Shown piece by piece: positions 35,123-51,630 of a stretch of DNA of 64,000 nucleotides (position 1 is the stretch's first letter; the number at the start of each line of letters is the position of its first letter). The notes below the pieces were generated by a model. The model saw nothing but the letters and a program-made list of their open reading frames with translations, was not told the origin of the DNA and did no database searches. Source of the stretch: Balamuthia mandrillaris (lineage: Eukaryota); assembly GCA_031835245.2 (NCBI GenBank), contig JAVKOQ020000091.1, positions 1 through 64,000 on the forward strand. Direction: 5' to 3'. The translations under genes and the position numbers were made by a program.

Positions 35123-38100
35123 TCACTGCCCTCGAGGTTGCACTTTCAGGGAGAGTTTGTAACAGTTGTCGTCGTCGAGCGGTTCCACGTTATCCAAAAA
35201 GTTGCGAATGGAAGGCACCGGGTTGAGGTTATACCTCGTTTGTTGATACTGTTGGATCTGCTGGATGACGGAGGCCATGAGGTAACATTTGCCAAAGTTG
35301 ATGTAGCCATTGGGGAGCATCAACTTGTTGCCGTCGTCGATGAAGACCAAGTCCGTTTGGAAGCAGCCCAGATGAGGGATGAGCGGCGGGTTGGTGGAGG
35401 CCAGAGCGGCTCGGTAGTTCTTGGAGTTGTGGGCGGAGCTCATCATCTCGGTGAGGTCGCTCCACATGGATTCCTTCTTTTTGACCTCGTTCAAACGGGC
35501 CAAGGAGGCGGAGCCGAGGGCGGCCAGAACTTGCATGACGCCGCTGTAGTTGTTGAGCTCACGAAGTCTCTGAAGAGTTGAATTGTGCAAAGCAAGCAAG
35601 GTATTGCGAACATGAGAACAAGAAACGAGAGAGGAGAGGAGAGCAGGAGAAAGAAGGAAACCTTGGCAATCTCGACCCATTTGAGAACATAAGCTTCTCG
35701 CTTCTTTGGTGACTTGGCTTGCAACACCACCGTTTTAATCCAATCCACCATCTTTATTAAGAAGGTTGGTTAGCTAAACATCGAGCATAGAAGAGGAGAA
35801 AAGAGAGCTAGGTACCAAGTTGAAGCGACGGGCATTCTTGAGGACGTTTGGAGCTAGCGTTTCTTTGTTGGATTTGGTCCACGCCACCTCACAGAGCTCT
35901 TGTGGTTGAATGGCCTTGAAGAGCTCAAAGTCGATGAGCGTCATTTGACGAGCCAACTCCAATGGTTTTATGTTGGAGAACTTAAGGTTCTTGCTCTTTG
36001 GGAGCAACGACTTTGGCGGAGGAACAGGAAAGACGATCACCACGTCTTTGTCTTGGTTCTGTTTGTTGTTTTGTTTTTTCGTTGTGTTAGAAGAAGAAGA
36101 AGAAGAAGAAGAAGAAGAACAAGAAGAAGGACAAGGTAAGCTAGATATATACCAGCTTTTCAATGCTGAGAGTCATGAATCGTAAGAGTGTCTCATCTCT
36201 GATGCAGTTGACAAAGTTGCGATATTCCGTCATGAGCTCATCCGTGAAGACATAAGGCTGTTCTTCCGTCCATTTCTTGCAAAAGTTACATATTCTATTT
36301 GTTGTTGTTGTTGTTGTTGTTGCAGAAGTCGTTCACCCATTTTAGTTGAGAGTTGTTTTAACAAAGCAAAAGAGAGAATGAAGAAAAAACCTTAAAAGTT
36401 TGCCTTTGTTTTTCGTGTTGCCTTCCTTCTCCTGCACCTTACAAAACCTACGTACAATAAAAACAAACAAACACGCAATATAAGTAAGTAATAAGCCTTT
36501 TTAGAAAAAAAAGAATAGAGCAAATAAATAAAGGAACGTTACTTGGAGGCAAGAAGCTGCAACAATTCTCTGGGCGTCAAGAACGCTCTGTAGGTCAACA
36601 AAAACTTGGGAGCATAGCCATGCACTTGTTTGAAAAAACCAAAGGTGAAGGACGTTAAACGAGATAATAATGAAGAAAAAAAGGAAAGAAAACGAAAGAA
36701 GAGAGAGAGAAACGTACTAGCAGCATAGTCTAAACCACCGGAAGAATAAAGGAGAGCCACCAAACGCTCTTTGGTGCCCGACTTGACCTGACATCGATCC
36801 AAAGACATAATTACATCCCTTCCCACGATCCGATCCACCACCATGCTCTTCATGTCCTATATTACCCGTATAGTAAACTTATAAGAGAAGAACAAGAAGA
36901 AGAACAAGAACAACAAGAAGAACAACAAGAACTAGAACGAGGAAAGGGCATACCGGAAATATTTTATAAGCATGTTGTATGAGAACGACGGTAACGTTGA
37001 CAATGGCTTCCGTGTCCTGTCCCGATGACTCCATAGTGGCGTTCATGTCACGAAGAATGATGGGGCCTATGATGACGGCCACTTGCTTCACGTCCATCTC
37101 GTTCTTCTCCTGATGTTCCACTATGAGGGTCAACAAACGAAGCAAGTACTTGAGCAACGTTTGGTGAGCGCTTGGAAGTTGGTCGACCAATTTGCTGATC
37201 AGTTCCAGTTGTTTGTTTGCTGTATTGGTTTTTGTTGTTTGTTGGTCAGAAAGAAAGAAAGAAAGAAAGAAACGACGAGAAAGAAACGACGAGAAAGAAA
37301 CAACAAGAAAGAAAGAAACGACAAAGAAGCATAACAGAAGAAAACGACAAAAAAAATTATAGTATACATACAATCAACGCAAAGAGTACGAAGGAATAGA
37401 CGATACAAGTCGAAGGTCAACAGCGGGTTTGGCAGCTCGCCCAGAAAGCTCTTCAACAGAGCGGCCACGTTGTGCGGGTTCTTGCATTGCTGCAAGTTGA
37501 CGGTGTGACCTTTGTCAAAGGCCTTGCGGAGTTCTTGAACGCTGCCTTTGGCCTTCTCTCTGAGTATTCCCGGTGTGTCCACTGCAATGAAATAGAGAAA
37601 GAGAGAACGAAGAGAATGCTGTGTTAAAGACAAAGAAAAGGAGAGGAAGGGAGACCGAGGCGGAGAACAAGAGAAGCAAGAAAAAGAAGAGAAGAGAATG
37701 AAGAAAGAAGGAAAGAAGAGAGAGAAAGAAAAACCATGAGCACAAAGATAAAGAATGGCCTGCTCAGCGACGAGCGGGATGGGCAGCTTGGGAGTGAGCC
37801 TCATGACCTCGGTGAGCTCCTCGCCAAAGACTTTGTAATCCTTCTTCGTGGGAGCAGCACTGGATGACGCTCGTCCGTCTCTTGTGCTTCCTCCTGTTTA
37901 TTTAAAAAAAAGAACAGTTCAGCATTGCCATCTCTCTCTCCCTCTCTCGCTCTCCCTCTCTCGCTCTCTCTTTCTCTAAGCTTTTAACAAACGTACCTTC
38001 TTTCTTGTCTTTGGTGAGAGCACTGACATCCAACGAAGTAATGCTCGGTCTTTGTCCACGAATACGAGCTCTCAAGCTGAACCTTCCGCCAACGTCTTCC

Positions 38101-39387
38101 AACGAGGAAGGGGCAGAAGAGGAAGACGAAGAAGCAACGGAAGGGCTCGACGCTGTATCCTCTTTCTCTTTTGGAGCGTGCCCAGGGATTGAGCCATAAG
38201 CAGAAGAGCCAGAAGAAGGAGGAATGAACGAATGTCGAGGAGTGCCTGATGGAGAAGAACCGGGTTCGGGAGAAGAGATGGAAGAAGACTTGAAACGCTC
38301 AGCAGTCACGCGAAGCCTTGCCTTGTCGCTGAGCTCTTCGATGATGTCGATGTCCTCACAGGGAAAGGAGAGAACGCCTTGGTAGGCCGCTATCAAGTCT
38401 TCTATGCTTGCAAAGATGCGATCCTCTCCATGACGATACCCTGGTTTGTTTTTGTTTGAAGGAACGGATCAATAAAGCAAGCGAGAGAGTGAAGAGAGAA
38501 GCAATAAGAGAGCGAAGAGAGAAAGAGAGCGAAGAGAGGAGAGAGAACAAGAACGAACCAGCAGTAGACTTTGTGATAAGTGCATGAGAGATTTGAGAGC
38601 TGTTATCCACGTAAGCAGCTGCCAGGCAGTCCTGTCGTTGCACGCTGTAACGTATCAAGAACGTGCCTCTGCGTTTGTTTTGCAACAAGCGGTGTGTCTC
38701 GTTTCCGGTCAAGTCGCCATAAAACCAACTATAAGAAAGAGAGAGAAGGTATAAGAAGGAGGCCAAAGCAGAATAGAAAGAAAGAGCAAGAGCAAAAATG
38801 AACAAACAAGAGAAAGGAAGACAAAGAAACCTTTGAGTGTTCAACGAAGAAGTAAAAGGACGAACGAGGAACTCGTGATAAGAAGAGATGATGTCATGAA
38901 GGGTCTCAAAGACCATCGAGTTGCCATCCTCGTCCTTCACGGCAAAGCCAGAGGGTTGACAGGACTCTATGACGATCTGCAACGTCTTTGTGTTTTGCCG
39001 AACAAAAGCCAGCACGAAGCTTCCTGCTCTAAGATCCTATAGTGGTTGTGTCACATAGCAGTAATATAGGACTTTGTTAAAGAATGAAGAAGAGGAGAAA
39101 GGCGAGGAAGGACAGAAGAAAGGAAGAGAAGCATACCCTTAGACGAACGAGAAAGGTACCGGGAGGCTCTAAGTAGAGCAGCCGCTTTGTTTCGACAAAG
39201 GAGAGATAGCCATGGAACCACCTATGTAATGTTTAACAACAGAGTTAGAAGAAAAAGAAACCAACTCAAAGAAGAGAAGAAAGGAAGAAAGAAGGAAGAA
39301 GGAAATCAAGAAGGAGTAAAACGTACGGTTCGTCGATAACGGATAAAAACTGCAAAAAAAAAGCAAAGAAAAGTCAATTTTAGCAGA

Positions 39388-39436
<49 letters not shown>

Positions 39437-40637
39437 GTGAGTGAGTGAGGAGAGAAGAAAGAAGACGACAAACGTTTTCGAGACAAGCATGCATTGGTCC
39501 GAAGCCCTTAAGAAACTCAGCAAACTGATGGACGCCGATCATTTCGGTGTCGGCAAAGTCTTTGAAGAGGAGGTGAATAAGACATTGGATGACAGAAGGA
39601 AGAAGAAGAAGAAGAAGAAGAAGAAGAAGAAGAACAAGAACAAGAACAAGAAGAAGAACAAGAAGAAGAACAAGAACAACAACAACAAGCAGAAGAAGAA
39701 CAAGAAGAAGAACAAGAAGGCGAAGAAGGCGAAGAAGAACGAGAAGCAAAAAGCACCTAAGATATGACGAAGGTACTCCAAGTCGCTGGGATCCCAATCC
39801 TCCATGGTGGGCAGGCGTCTCTGCAGGGCCACTGTGAACTCATCCCACGTCACCATAAACCGCTGCCATCCATTCCCGTGTTATGCCATGCATTGGTTGA
39901 GATAGCCATAGCGGTTAGTTTTATTTATACAGAAAAAGAAAAAAGAAAAAGAAAAAGAAAAAAGAAAAAAGAAAAAAGAAATAACATACGCCCTGAAAGG
40001 CCCAGAGCCACCAGTCCCTCCCGGCCTGGTCCAGGATCACGTCCTGGAAGTTCCCCTCCTTGACCTCCCAAATGGCGGCATAGTACCTGTAGAGGTTGTT
40101 GTTCAGCCGCTGGGCGTCCCTCCGCCGCCTGGGGTTGGAGGTGAAGTTGGTCAGGCTCACCGCGGTGGCGGCGGCGGTTATCGTCGAGCTGGAGCTGGAG
40201 GACAAGGCCTCGCACGTTTGTTGTGGAACGGGTTGCTGTTGCTCCTCGGAAGGCTGTTGCTGAACGTGTTGTTGGATGAGGAGGTGGAAGTTGGCGGCGA
40301 AGAGGCAAAACTCCTCGACGACGACGGGGTCCTTGGGCCAGCCCCTGGGCGGCTTGCCGCCGGTGGCCTCGTCGGAGAGGGTGGCAATGATGAGGAGGTG
40401 CGTGTCCACCCATTCCTGCACGTTGAACTTGGCGGGGACGTGCTCCTGCAGCAAGCGCAGCGTCTCCTGGAAGATGCGGAGCGTGCGCTGCAGCTTGACG
40501 GAGAGAGGAAGGCGGTACTCCCCGCTGTTGTTGCTGCTGTTGCTCTCGGCAGAGTCCAAGGCGGCAAGCGGAGCCATGCTCTTCTTTCTTCGCGCCGGCA
40601 GACCAACTTCTTGGGACCGGGACATGCTTGGTTGCAT
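35123..40637 (-). CDS. Cbl-TKB-like (4H-EF-SH2)-SH2-RhoGAP-RasGEF protein
   Basis: GRDWWLWAF..VTWDEF..YLRHILD..HQFAEFLKGFGP; SH2 WFHGYL..GTFLVR; second SH2 WFYGDL..GTFLIRYS; RhoGAP GILRE..LLKSFLGELPNPLL; REM VKSGTKERL..FLLTYRAF; CDC25 ELARQMTLID..LNNYSG..PLIPHLG..DLVFIDDGN. Confidence 0.85.
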
Positions 40638-41332
40638 TTATTCTTCTCCTCTTTCTTTTTTTTTTTTCTTTTTTTTTGATGTTTCTATATTTTAAATTAT
40701 TTCTATATTTTTTAAAAAAAAAAAAAGAAGGAAAAAGAAGAGGAGGTTCTAGAGGCGTCAGTCTCTCTTTGTTCTTTTTTTTTCGTGTTTCTGTTATGGT
40801 TGTTCAGGGGTGTTGCTTCGTTCTTCTTCAGGGTTGTTGTTGTCAGACAATAACGTTCAAAAAATGAATGAATTACTGCCGACATTACATTACTGTCGAC
40901 TGATTGTAAAATATGGTGACGTGGGTTTTGTTCAAAAATGGTATATAATGACGAAATATTTATTCCTTTTTCAGGCCCTGTGCCTGTTCGATTCAAAAAA
41001 AAAAAAAACAAACGAAACGTTCAGTCATTGTATGTCCTTCCGTTGTGTGTTGCACTGGAGCCATCCGTCATTGTCATAGTTACTTTTTAATGTATAAAAA
41101 AATGTGAATGAAGAACAAAAAAAAAATTAAAGACAATGTTTTTAGAGAGGACATCAAAGTTTCTCAAACTATAAACTATTTACTTGGATGCAGCTATCAT
41201 ATCGTTACTGAACATTGACAGAAGCAGAAAAACTAAAAGGGAGATAGAGAAGGTAAGTGAGTAAGAGAGAGCCAGGTGGACACAGTCTGTTCTGTTTGGT
41301 AGCGCTTTCTTAGATAACGAAGTACGTCCAGC

Positions 41333-42596
41333 TCAGAACAATGCGCACCCCCTTCGTTTTGATTTCTGTTTCGTTTTTGTTTCGGGGGTTTCTGGTTCCG
41401 CTTCTGCCGCTCGATACGCTTTGATCTCGCTCACTATAGCGTCAAAAGCGTAACCCACGTTTTTGTTTTCCTTTGCTATCATTATAATAATAATGATGAG
41501 TCAAAAAGGAGATAGAAAAGGCGGTTGGATAAAGAACGTGACAACATACCGGACGTCTCAAAAAACTTGCAACCCAGTTTCTCAGCCAAGGCCCTTCCTT
41601 CTTCCGTAGATACCACCCGTTCCTCCACCAAGTCCGCCTTGTTGCCGACAAGCACCATAGGAACGTTATCCACATCCTTCACCTGGAGGATATGCTCGTG
41701 AAAGGCGGGGATCTCGTCAAAGCTGCTCCGCAGAGTAACAGAGAACACTACCAGAAAGCCATCCCCTGTTCGCATGTACTGATCTCGAACGGCTGAGAAG
41801 TCCTCTTGGCCAGCTTTTATATTTTTTTGGTTTTTTGGTTTGGTTAAATAAAGATTAAGGACGCATATCGATGCTTTCTAGCCTCTCCTTCGTTCCACGC
41901 GGTACTGTCCCAGTCCGTTCAGTTCCACAGCCTGTCCTCCTCTCCTCTCCTCTCTCCTTGATCTTTCTTTCTTGCTTTCTCTGAAGTTCTAAGATTTTGC
42001 TCTCTCTCTCTCTCTGGCAAGATCTTTCTTCAAGCACGCAAGCGTCACATTTGGTAGGCTTTCCTTTCCTCCCGCACACAACATACCTGTGTCAAAGATG
42101 TCGAGCACGCATTCCTCGCCCGAAATGTTCACGTGTTTTCTGTTCACCAAGCCCAGATTGAAGGAGAAAAGGAGGGAAAGGGTACCACAGGAAACTCGTC
42201 AGAACTATCAACATAAAGGCAGGCAAAGTTGAAGAGCTACTAACCTGTAACTGTCCTCCAAGGTCGGGTCATATTCCTGTATCGACAGGAAGAGATAAAG
42301 TGAGCACCGTAGAAGGAATCATGTCGTGGACAACCATGCACGGGAGAAAGAGAAGAAGGTTGATGTTGCACGGGAGAAAGAGAAGAAGAACAAGAATGAA
42401 GAGGTTGTATTAAGAGAAAGAAGAAAGCAGAAGACGCATGCAGAAAGGAGAAAGCAGAAAGCACGCGTAAGTTTACCTCCACAAACTTTTCTGATATGTA
42501 CTGCAAGGTGAGGCAAGACTTGCCGACGCCCCCTACTCCAACCACCACTATCCTGAATGCTCGTGCGTCATAGGTTTCGTTGGCCGGAGCATCCAT
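41333..42596 (-). CDS. Ras-family small GTPase, 5 exons
   Basis: [36 protein letters not shown]; polybasic tail KQKSKRRG plus CAAX (CALF*). Confidence 0.95.
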
Positions 42597-43135
42597 TCTT
42601 GTTCACGCTTTGCTCCCGCTTCAAAAAAAAAACTCGAAAGGACACAAGGAGGTTCCAAAACAACAAAAGTCGTTCCAAACAACTTTCTCAATGCAACAAC
42701 GTCGGAAGAAGAGCAAAAACAAAAAATCAGAAAAATCAGAAAAAAAGTGAAGCAAAAAAAAAAATAATCTGTTGTTATAGTTTCCCCCTTCCCTCTCTTC
42801 CTTGGGGTTTTGTTTTCTGCGTTTGCTAAGTGCTTTTGTTTTTTTTAATCGTCGCGACGTTTCGGAGTTTTGATTTAACTCCGAAGTTGCCATTCCCTTT
42901 CCCGATGTTATGACCCCTCAGGAAATTTTTTGTTTTGTGTTTTCCTCTTATTCTTTTTCTTTTTATTTCTTATTTTTCTTTTTGTAGACTTCACAACAAC
43001 ACACATTTCTGCAGGCCTGCTTCTCTGCTCTCCCTCTCTCTCTCTTCTTTTTACGGTTCGCTGGTATGTCCTTCCTTCCTTCCTTTGTCTTCGTTATCGC
43101 TCTGTTGTGTTGTGTTGTGCGAGGAGGGGGTTACC

Positions 43136-43167
<32 letters not shown>

Positions 43168-43348
43168 GAAAAACATAATATATATGTGGAGAATCAAAAA
43201 TGATTAAAACATTTTTCGGCAACGCACATTGCCGTTGATTCCTTACCAGGAAGCTGATTTTTATCTACCAAGATCTCTGATTGATTCTTCTCTCACTCCC
43301 TTCTTCAGTGTTTGGTGCTTTTTTGTATTATTTCGTTACTTGTGCTAA

Positions 43349-43390
<42 letters not shown>

Positions 43391-43595
43391 TCCGCTGCGT
43401 AAAACCAGGCGATTTTTTATTTTATTTTATTTTATTTTATTTTTTTGCTCTGCACTGTGGAACTGGCGCTGGGTTTGAGCGGTACGTACACAAACCGATG
43501 GGTTGGCCTCCTCCACACTCCTACAAAAAAACGAATAAACTTTATTCTAGTGCATCAAAGCCGGTTCTTTCGTTTTTTCTTTGTCGTCAGGCCGT

Positions 43596-46185
<2,590 letters not shown>

Positions 46186-46419
46186 CGTTTTCTGAATTTT
46201 TTGTTTTTGCTTTCTTTTTTATATAATTTTGATCGATCAAACTCGTTGAAATTTGAAAGAAAAACTGTCCGAATATCTCAAATGTCGACACAGGATTACG
46301 TCAACTTTGGTGCACAAAAGCTGCTGAATTTAACGTCAACGTCTGCCGTTTTTGACAAACAATGCTGCACAATTCCGATAAGCAAAATGAATAAAAATCA
46401 ACAAAAGAAAACAACAAAG

Positions 46420-46843
46420 ATGTCTTCGCAAAGAATTAGCTATGAGGAAGCTCTAAGAAACATGCACATAACACCACCACCCACTAGCAATACCTCTTCT
46501 CCTTCCTCATCCTCCTCCTCCTCTGCATCTTCTCAACCACAACCACAACGTTCCGCACCGAAACGCAGGCAAAAAGTGCCGTTGGCTCCCGGCCATACCC
46601 TGGTCGACTGGATGAGGCTCTGTAACTCTGGCCGGGACATGACCGGAGGAGCCAGCAAAGGAACGAGCCCCGCTCTCAGAAAGATAACACCGAGCGAGCT
46701 GAGGAAGCATAAAGATGAGAAGGACGCCTGGACGGTGTTGAACGGCAGAGTTTATAGCATTACGGACTATCTGGACTTTCATCCTGGAGGCAAGGCCATT
46801 CTTTTGAGAAGTGCAGGAAAAGACTGTACTAAGTTATTTTGTA

Positions 46844-46879
<36 letters not shown>

Positions 46880-47151
46880 TTTCTTCGTTTTTGTTAACAC
46901 TTTTTTTTTGTTGCTGTTGTTGGTTAGACGCCACACATCAATGGGTGCATGGCGATCAGTTGCTTCGAGCATGTCAGGTAGGAGTGTTGGTTCCCGAGCC
47001 AGCGTCCTCAGCAAGGAGCGATGACGAAGGCGACGAAGAAGACGACTACGAGAGCGAAGCCGAAGAAGACGAAGAAGAAAAAGAAGAAGACGACAAGACG
47101 AACAACAAAGACAAACCCGCTCATGAACCCCATGACGACGTGCAATCGTGA
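46420..47151 (+). CDS. Cytochrome b5-like heme protein, Irc21/NCB5OR/RLF type, 2 exons
   Basis: RQKVPLAPGHTLVDW; ELRKH..DAWTVLNGRVYSITDYLDFHPGG..GKDCTKLF|YATHQWV. Both heme His ligands are present; acidic tail. Confidence 0.9.
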
Positions 47152-47252
47152 TAACTCGGGACGACATTATAAAGTCGACAAATAATTTATTTGGAGCGAT
47201 TTGGCGTTTTTTTGCCAACTTTTGCCAACGATTTGGCTACAGAAAGAAAAAA

Positions 47253-48944
47253 ATGGAAACGACGAAGACGAAAAGCACAAAAGATGAAGAAGAATGGTTG
47301 GTGGAGGGGTTCGTGCACTGTCGCGCAAAACTCTCTTCCGGCATCACCATGCACTTTGTGGAGAAGGGCCATGGCACTCCTGTAATTTTGTGTCATGGTA
47401 TGTATGGGAGATGTTATGATCTTATTATAGCATCGCGTTTCACGTGAAGCATAACTCTCACTTTTTTTTTCTTCAAAAACGTTCTTCAGGGTGGCCCGAC
47501 TGTTGGTATACTTGGAGACACCAGGTTTCATTCTTTCTTCATTTTCGTTTTTTAAAAGAGAATGTTCATAGTTTTTTTTTTAAAAAAATGGTAGATGGTC
47601 GCGCTGGCAGCAAACGGCTATAGGGCCATCGCGCCCGACCAACGAGGCTTCGGTGGTACCTCTGCGCCGCGAGAGGTCTCGGCCTACACCCAAGAAGTAT
47701 TGGTGGCGGACCTCGTTGCTCTGTTGGACGTTCTTCACCTGCAACGAGCTATTTTCATTGGCCATGATTGGTTCGTTTCTATTTGTGTTTCTTTCTTGTC
47801 GCTTCTTTCTTTCTTGTCGTTTCTTTCTTATTCTTCTTTCTTTTCTTTTCCTCGTCAAACTCATTCCTTTGTAACCCGTAGGGGAGGAGGTATTGTCTGG
47901 AACATGGCGCTCCACCATCCAAATCGAGTACAGGCTGTAGGCGCTGTATCGACTCCCTTTTTCCCGGTCAATCCGACCAAAAATCCTTTGCATGGTTTCT
48001 CTTTTGCTCTCTTTCATTTCTCTCTCTTGTCTTTATCCTTTTCACTTGTTGCTTTACGACGTTCTTCTCCTTTATTTTCTTCTTCTCTCTTCTTCTCTTT
48101 CTCCTTGTTCTCTTTCGTCTAACCTTTTACGCAAGCAATGGAAAAGAATCCGGGTCGTTTCGACTATCAGCTCTACTTCCAAGAACCAGGAAGAGCCGAG
48201 AGAGAGTTTGAGGAGGACGTTGCCTACACCCTCACCTGCTTGATTCGCGGCAGTTCCGAACAAGATCTCGCTCCACTGAAAGGATTGAAGCTATCCACAT
48301 CCACTGTTCGTCAGCGAGGAGGTTGGTATCATCTTTTTAGCTTTTTTTTAATGTTCCTCTTGCTTCAGACCAAAGATGTAATGCTGATACATGTACAATC
48401 AAACAAAAAAAAAATAAACAGGAATGCTGAAAGGTTTTCCTCCAAAGAGCGAGGTGACGAGAAGTGTTCTCCTCTCTGAGGATGATTTGCGTTATTACGT
48501 TCATCAGTTTACACAAAGCGGATTTCATGGCGGGTTAAACTGGTATTTAACTTTTTATTTTTCTTCGTTCTTTCCTCTCTCCTCTCCTCTCCTCCTCTCC
48601 TCCTCTCCTCCTCTCCTCCATCTGAATGAAAAAAAAAAAAACAAAGGTACCGAAACGTTGAAGCAAATTGGCAATGGAACAAGAAGACTGCAGGGAGGAA
48701 GATCACGCCCCCAGCGCTGATGATCACCTCTGGCCAGGACTCAGTCTTCTCTCCCTCCATGACCCAGCACATGGAGCAGTGGGTGGCCCAGTTGGAGAGA
48801 GCTCACGTAGAGAGGGCCGCTCATTGGCCCCATCAGGAGTGCCCGCAGGAAGTGAACGCCACTCTGCTCCGATGGTTGTCTTTGGTTGCGGTGGAACCGG
48901 ACTTCCCCCGCCGCTGCAACCAACAGCAATGTGCTCGCCTGTAA
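47253..48944 (+). CDS. Soluble epoxide hydrolase-like alpha/beta hydrolase with PTS1 (ARL)
   Basis: ILCHG|WPDCWYTWRHQ; APDQRGFGGT; IGHDW|GG; YQLYFQEPGRAE; GFHGGLNW|YRN; AHWPHQE; C-terminal ARL*. Confidence 0.92.
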
Positions 48945-51630
48945 AGCGGTTCAACCGAAACGCGCCCCGCACTCTTTTGTGGATGCACTGCAGCGCATGG
49001 TGACTCCGCTGCATACAAGTGGATTGAGGGGGGGATGAACTCCTCCCACATCAAAAAATGAACCTCACCGCAATGCACAAGGAGTTGAAGTGAGGCTCTT
49101 TTTTTTTGTCTACAAAAACACAGATGTAAAATCTTCGTTAATGCACGGATCTAAATCTTGTTTTTTCCGTTTCCCTGTTGCACAACCAGTCAACAAGCAT
49201 CTGGCCAGCTGACGCCACAATGGCGTAGGGTTGTTTTTCCCGATGGGCAACCAACAAAACTGCCCGGCAGTATACGGTTTGACCAGATTGATGACGGATG
49301 CGGTCGCGGTTTCCGGGGCCTATTCCGCTAATTGGCAAGGAAGTTTCTGAGAAGTTCCTTCATATATTCCTTTTCGGTGCCGTTGAGTCCCGACAACGAC
49401 CGATATGGAAAGTATGGATATTGCGGTCCCCCGAAAATCATACGGTCTTCTTACCTCATCACCACGCATCCGAATTCAATCCAAAGACCGCTGCCAAAGT
49501 ACCGATTATCTTGGGGGCAGGTCAAAATATCGGAGGATGGAAAAAAAAAAGAACCTAAAGGCCCGAAGGAGGCGAATAGATCGAAAACGAAAAAACGTAC
49601 GCTGTTACGGTCTTGAAAAACCAACGAAAATGTGGGAAAACCCGTCCCCCGTTTCGAAACGGCCGTCGGTCCTACCCATTTTTTTTTACTTTTTTTGCGG
49701 GGTGCATCTCCGCTTCCATGAAGCGAAGAAGCACAAAGCATTCTTTCCTTCCCCCCCAACAACAACAACGACCACAATTTATCTCCTTTTTGTTTCATTC
49801 ATTCAAAAGAGAGAGGAAAAACAACGTGGAAGGGAGGAAAAGGAACGAAACTGTTGTTGCGGTTGATTGCTTTTTTTTTTGTTGTAAATTGAAAGCGTAA
49901 TTTTTATTCATAATTTGCTGGTCTCTATTGGATTTTTTTCGGTTCGTTGAGCTGAACGAGGTAACCACGAAGGACCACACTTTTTTTTTATCTCGCTTTC
50001 TTTGGTCTTGAATAGTTTTGTGTGTTTTTGCTTGCAGCACCACAACACTGCCAAAAAACAAAACAAAAAAAAATAAACCACCATCTCCTACCAGTTCACT
50101 CCTCCTTCAACCAACGAGTTTGAATTTTTTTTGTTGAAAGAGGAAATATACTCATCCACTTGGATCAATCATCACCACCACCATCAACAACAACAACAAA
50201 AAGGTTTTAAAGGTACTATTTTTTTCCCTCACCGCCTTGATGTGATTGCGTGTTTTTTCCAAAAGGTCGAACAAACATTCGTTTTTTTTTTTTGTTGTTG
50301 TTTTTCTGATGAGAAAAACAAGAATATCTGCCTCTTTTTCATCTTTTTTTTTAAAAAAATTTTCGTTTTCATCTTTTCGTTTCGTTTCCGCTTCGGATGT
50401 TTTTTTTTTTGGACCTTCTTGCACTATCCCTCTGATCACACACGGGAGACCCTCACTGGCACTACTGCCACCGCTACGTGGTCATCTGCCCCCCCCCCCC
50501 CCCCCCTCTTTCCCTACCACTACCACCACAAAATTCTCCCTCTCTCTCTCTCTCTCTCTGCTTTCTCTGTTTCCGTTCCCCTCCAACCAACCCCTCCACT
50601 TCCCCTCAGGCAACACCTCTGCAAGAGAGAGAGAGAGAGATGCCCCCAAATTTTTACACCTTTTTGTGTTGGCTCTAATTAATTTGAAAGGAACATGGGT
50701 TTGAAGGTTTGACCAAAACAATCAATCATTTCGCCAAACCGAAACAAACGAAAAATAATAATACTATTCAATACGTGGGCCAAAAGGAATCGTCATCCAC
50801 TTGGCAAAAGAAAAAAAAAAGAGACGGAATAGAAAAACAAAAAAAAAAAAAAACAAGGCGAGCATCCCGGACATCCATCCCGATTGATCCCTTTTTTTTT
50901 TTTGTTCTAGTTTCGTTGGGTGCGATTCCAATTCTTATCGATTCTTTTTTTGTTTCGAAAAAAAGATCTTATTCCTATTTATTTTTTCGTAGATCTTTTT
51001 TTTTCCCCTTGTGCGTCGTTTTATCTTGCTATGTTGTTTTAAAAAATCTCCTACCATTCTATTCTGTTGTCGCACAAAAAAAAAAACCTAACATCATCTT
51101 TCTCTCTCTCTCTCTCTCTTTCGCTTCCTGCAGGAAGATTTTCCGGTCTCTTTCCGCGTCTACCCGGTGGCTCAGTACATCGAAACGGGAAAAAACAAAA
51201 GAGACCGCGTTTGGACAGGGAGGCCCAATTATCCTCCCGAAGGATCCGAAACGCGCAACGAAAGAACAACAGCAACAGCGCACAACGGCTCCCAATTAAT
51301 TTACTAAAACACCCCAACAACGACAAAGACACGAACCTTATCGGCTCTTCCACACCCGATCATTCTATTAGCTTTGACCACCGGGTGCGGTTCGGTTGCC
51401 AGTCGATCAGCTAGTCTTCGAAGCTAGAAAAACAGCCAACACCAAGCAACAAGAATAATAAGACGACGACAACAACGGCCACCACGTCTTCGTCATCATC
51501 TTCTTCTCCTCTTTCTTATTCTTCTCGGCAACAAAACATCGAAGAAGAGCGCAACGAGAAGCAACAAACAACATCGTCAGAAGCGTTATCATCATCATCA
51601 TCGGTATTGCCATCTTCATCTTCTCACGGA

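Noticed and set aside
42520..42550. Oncogenic-like G12V in Ras (GVGGVGKS)
   Set aside because: The Val aligns to position 11; G12, G13 and Q61 are intact.
48945..49100. Open frame beyond the epoxide hydrolase stop and a SECIS-like stem
   Set aside because: The stop is TAA after a good PTS1, ~38 open codons can occur by chance, and the stem lacks the GA quartet.
49100..49620. GC-richer non-repetitive stretch with short ORFs and TGATGA...CTGA (C/D box-like, ~49289-49350)
   Set aside because: No terminal stem, no rRNA complementarity that I could recognise, and no recognisable protein; probably regulatory DNA.
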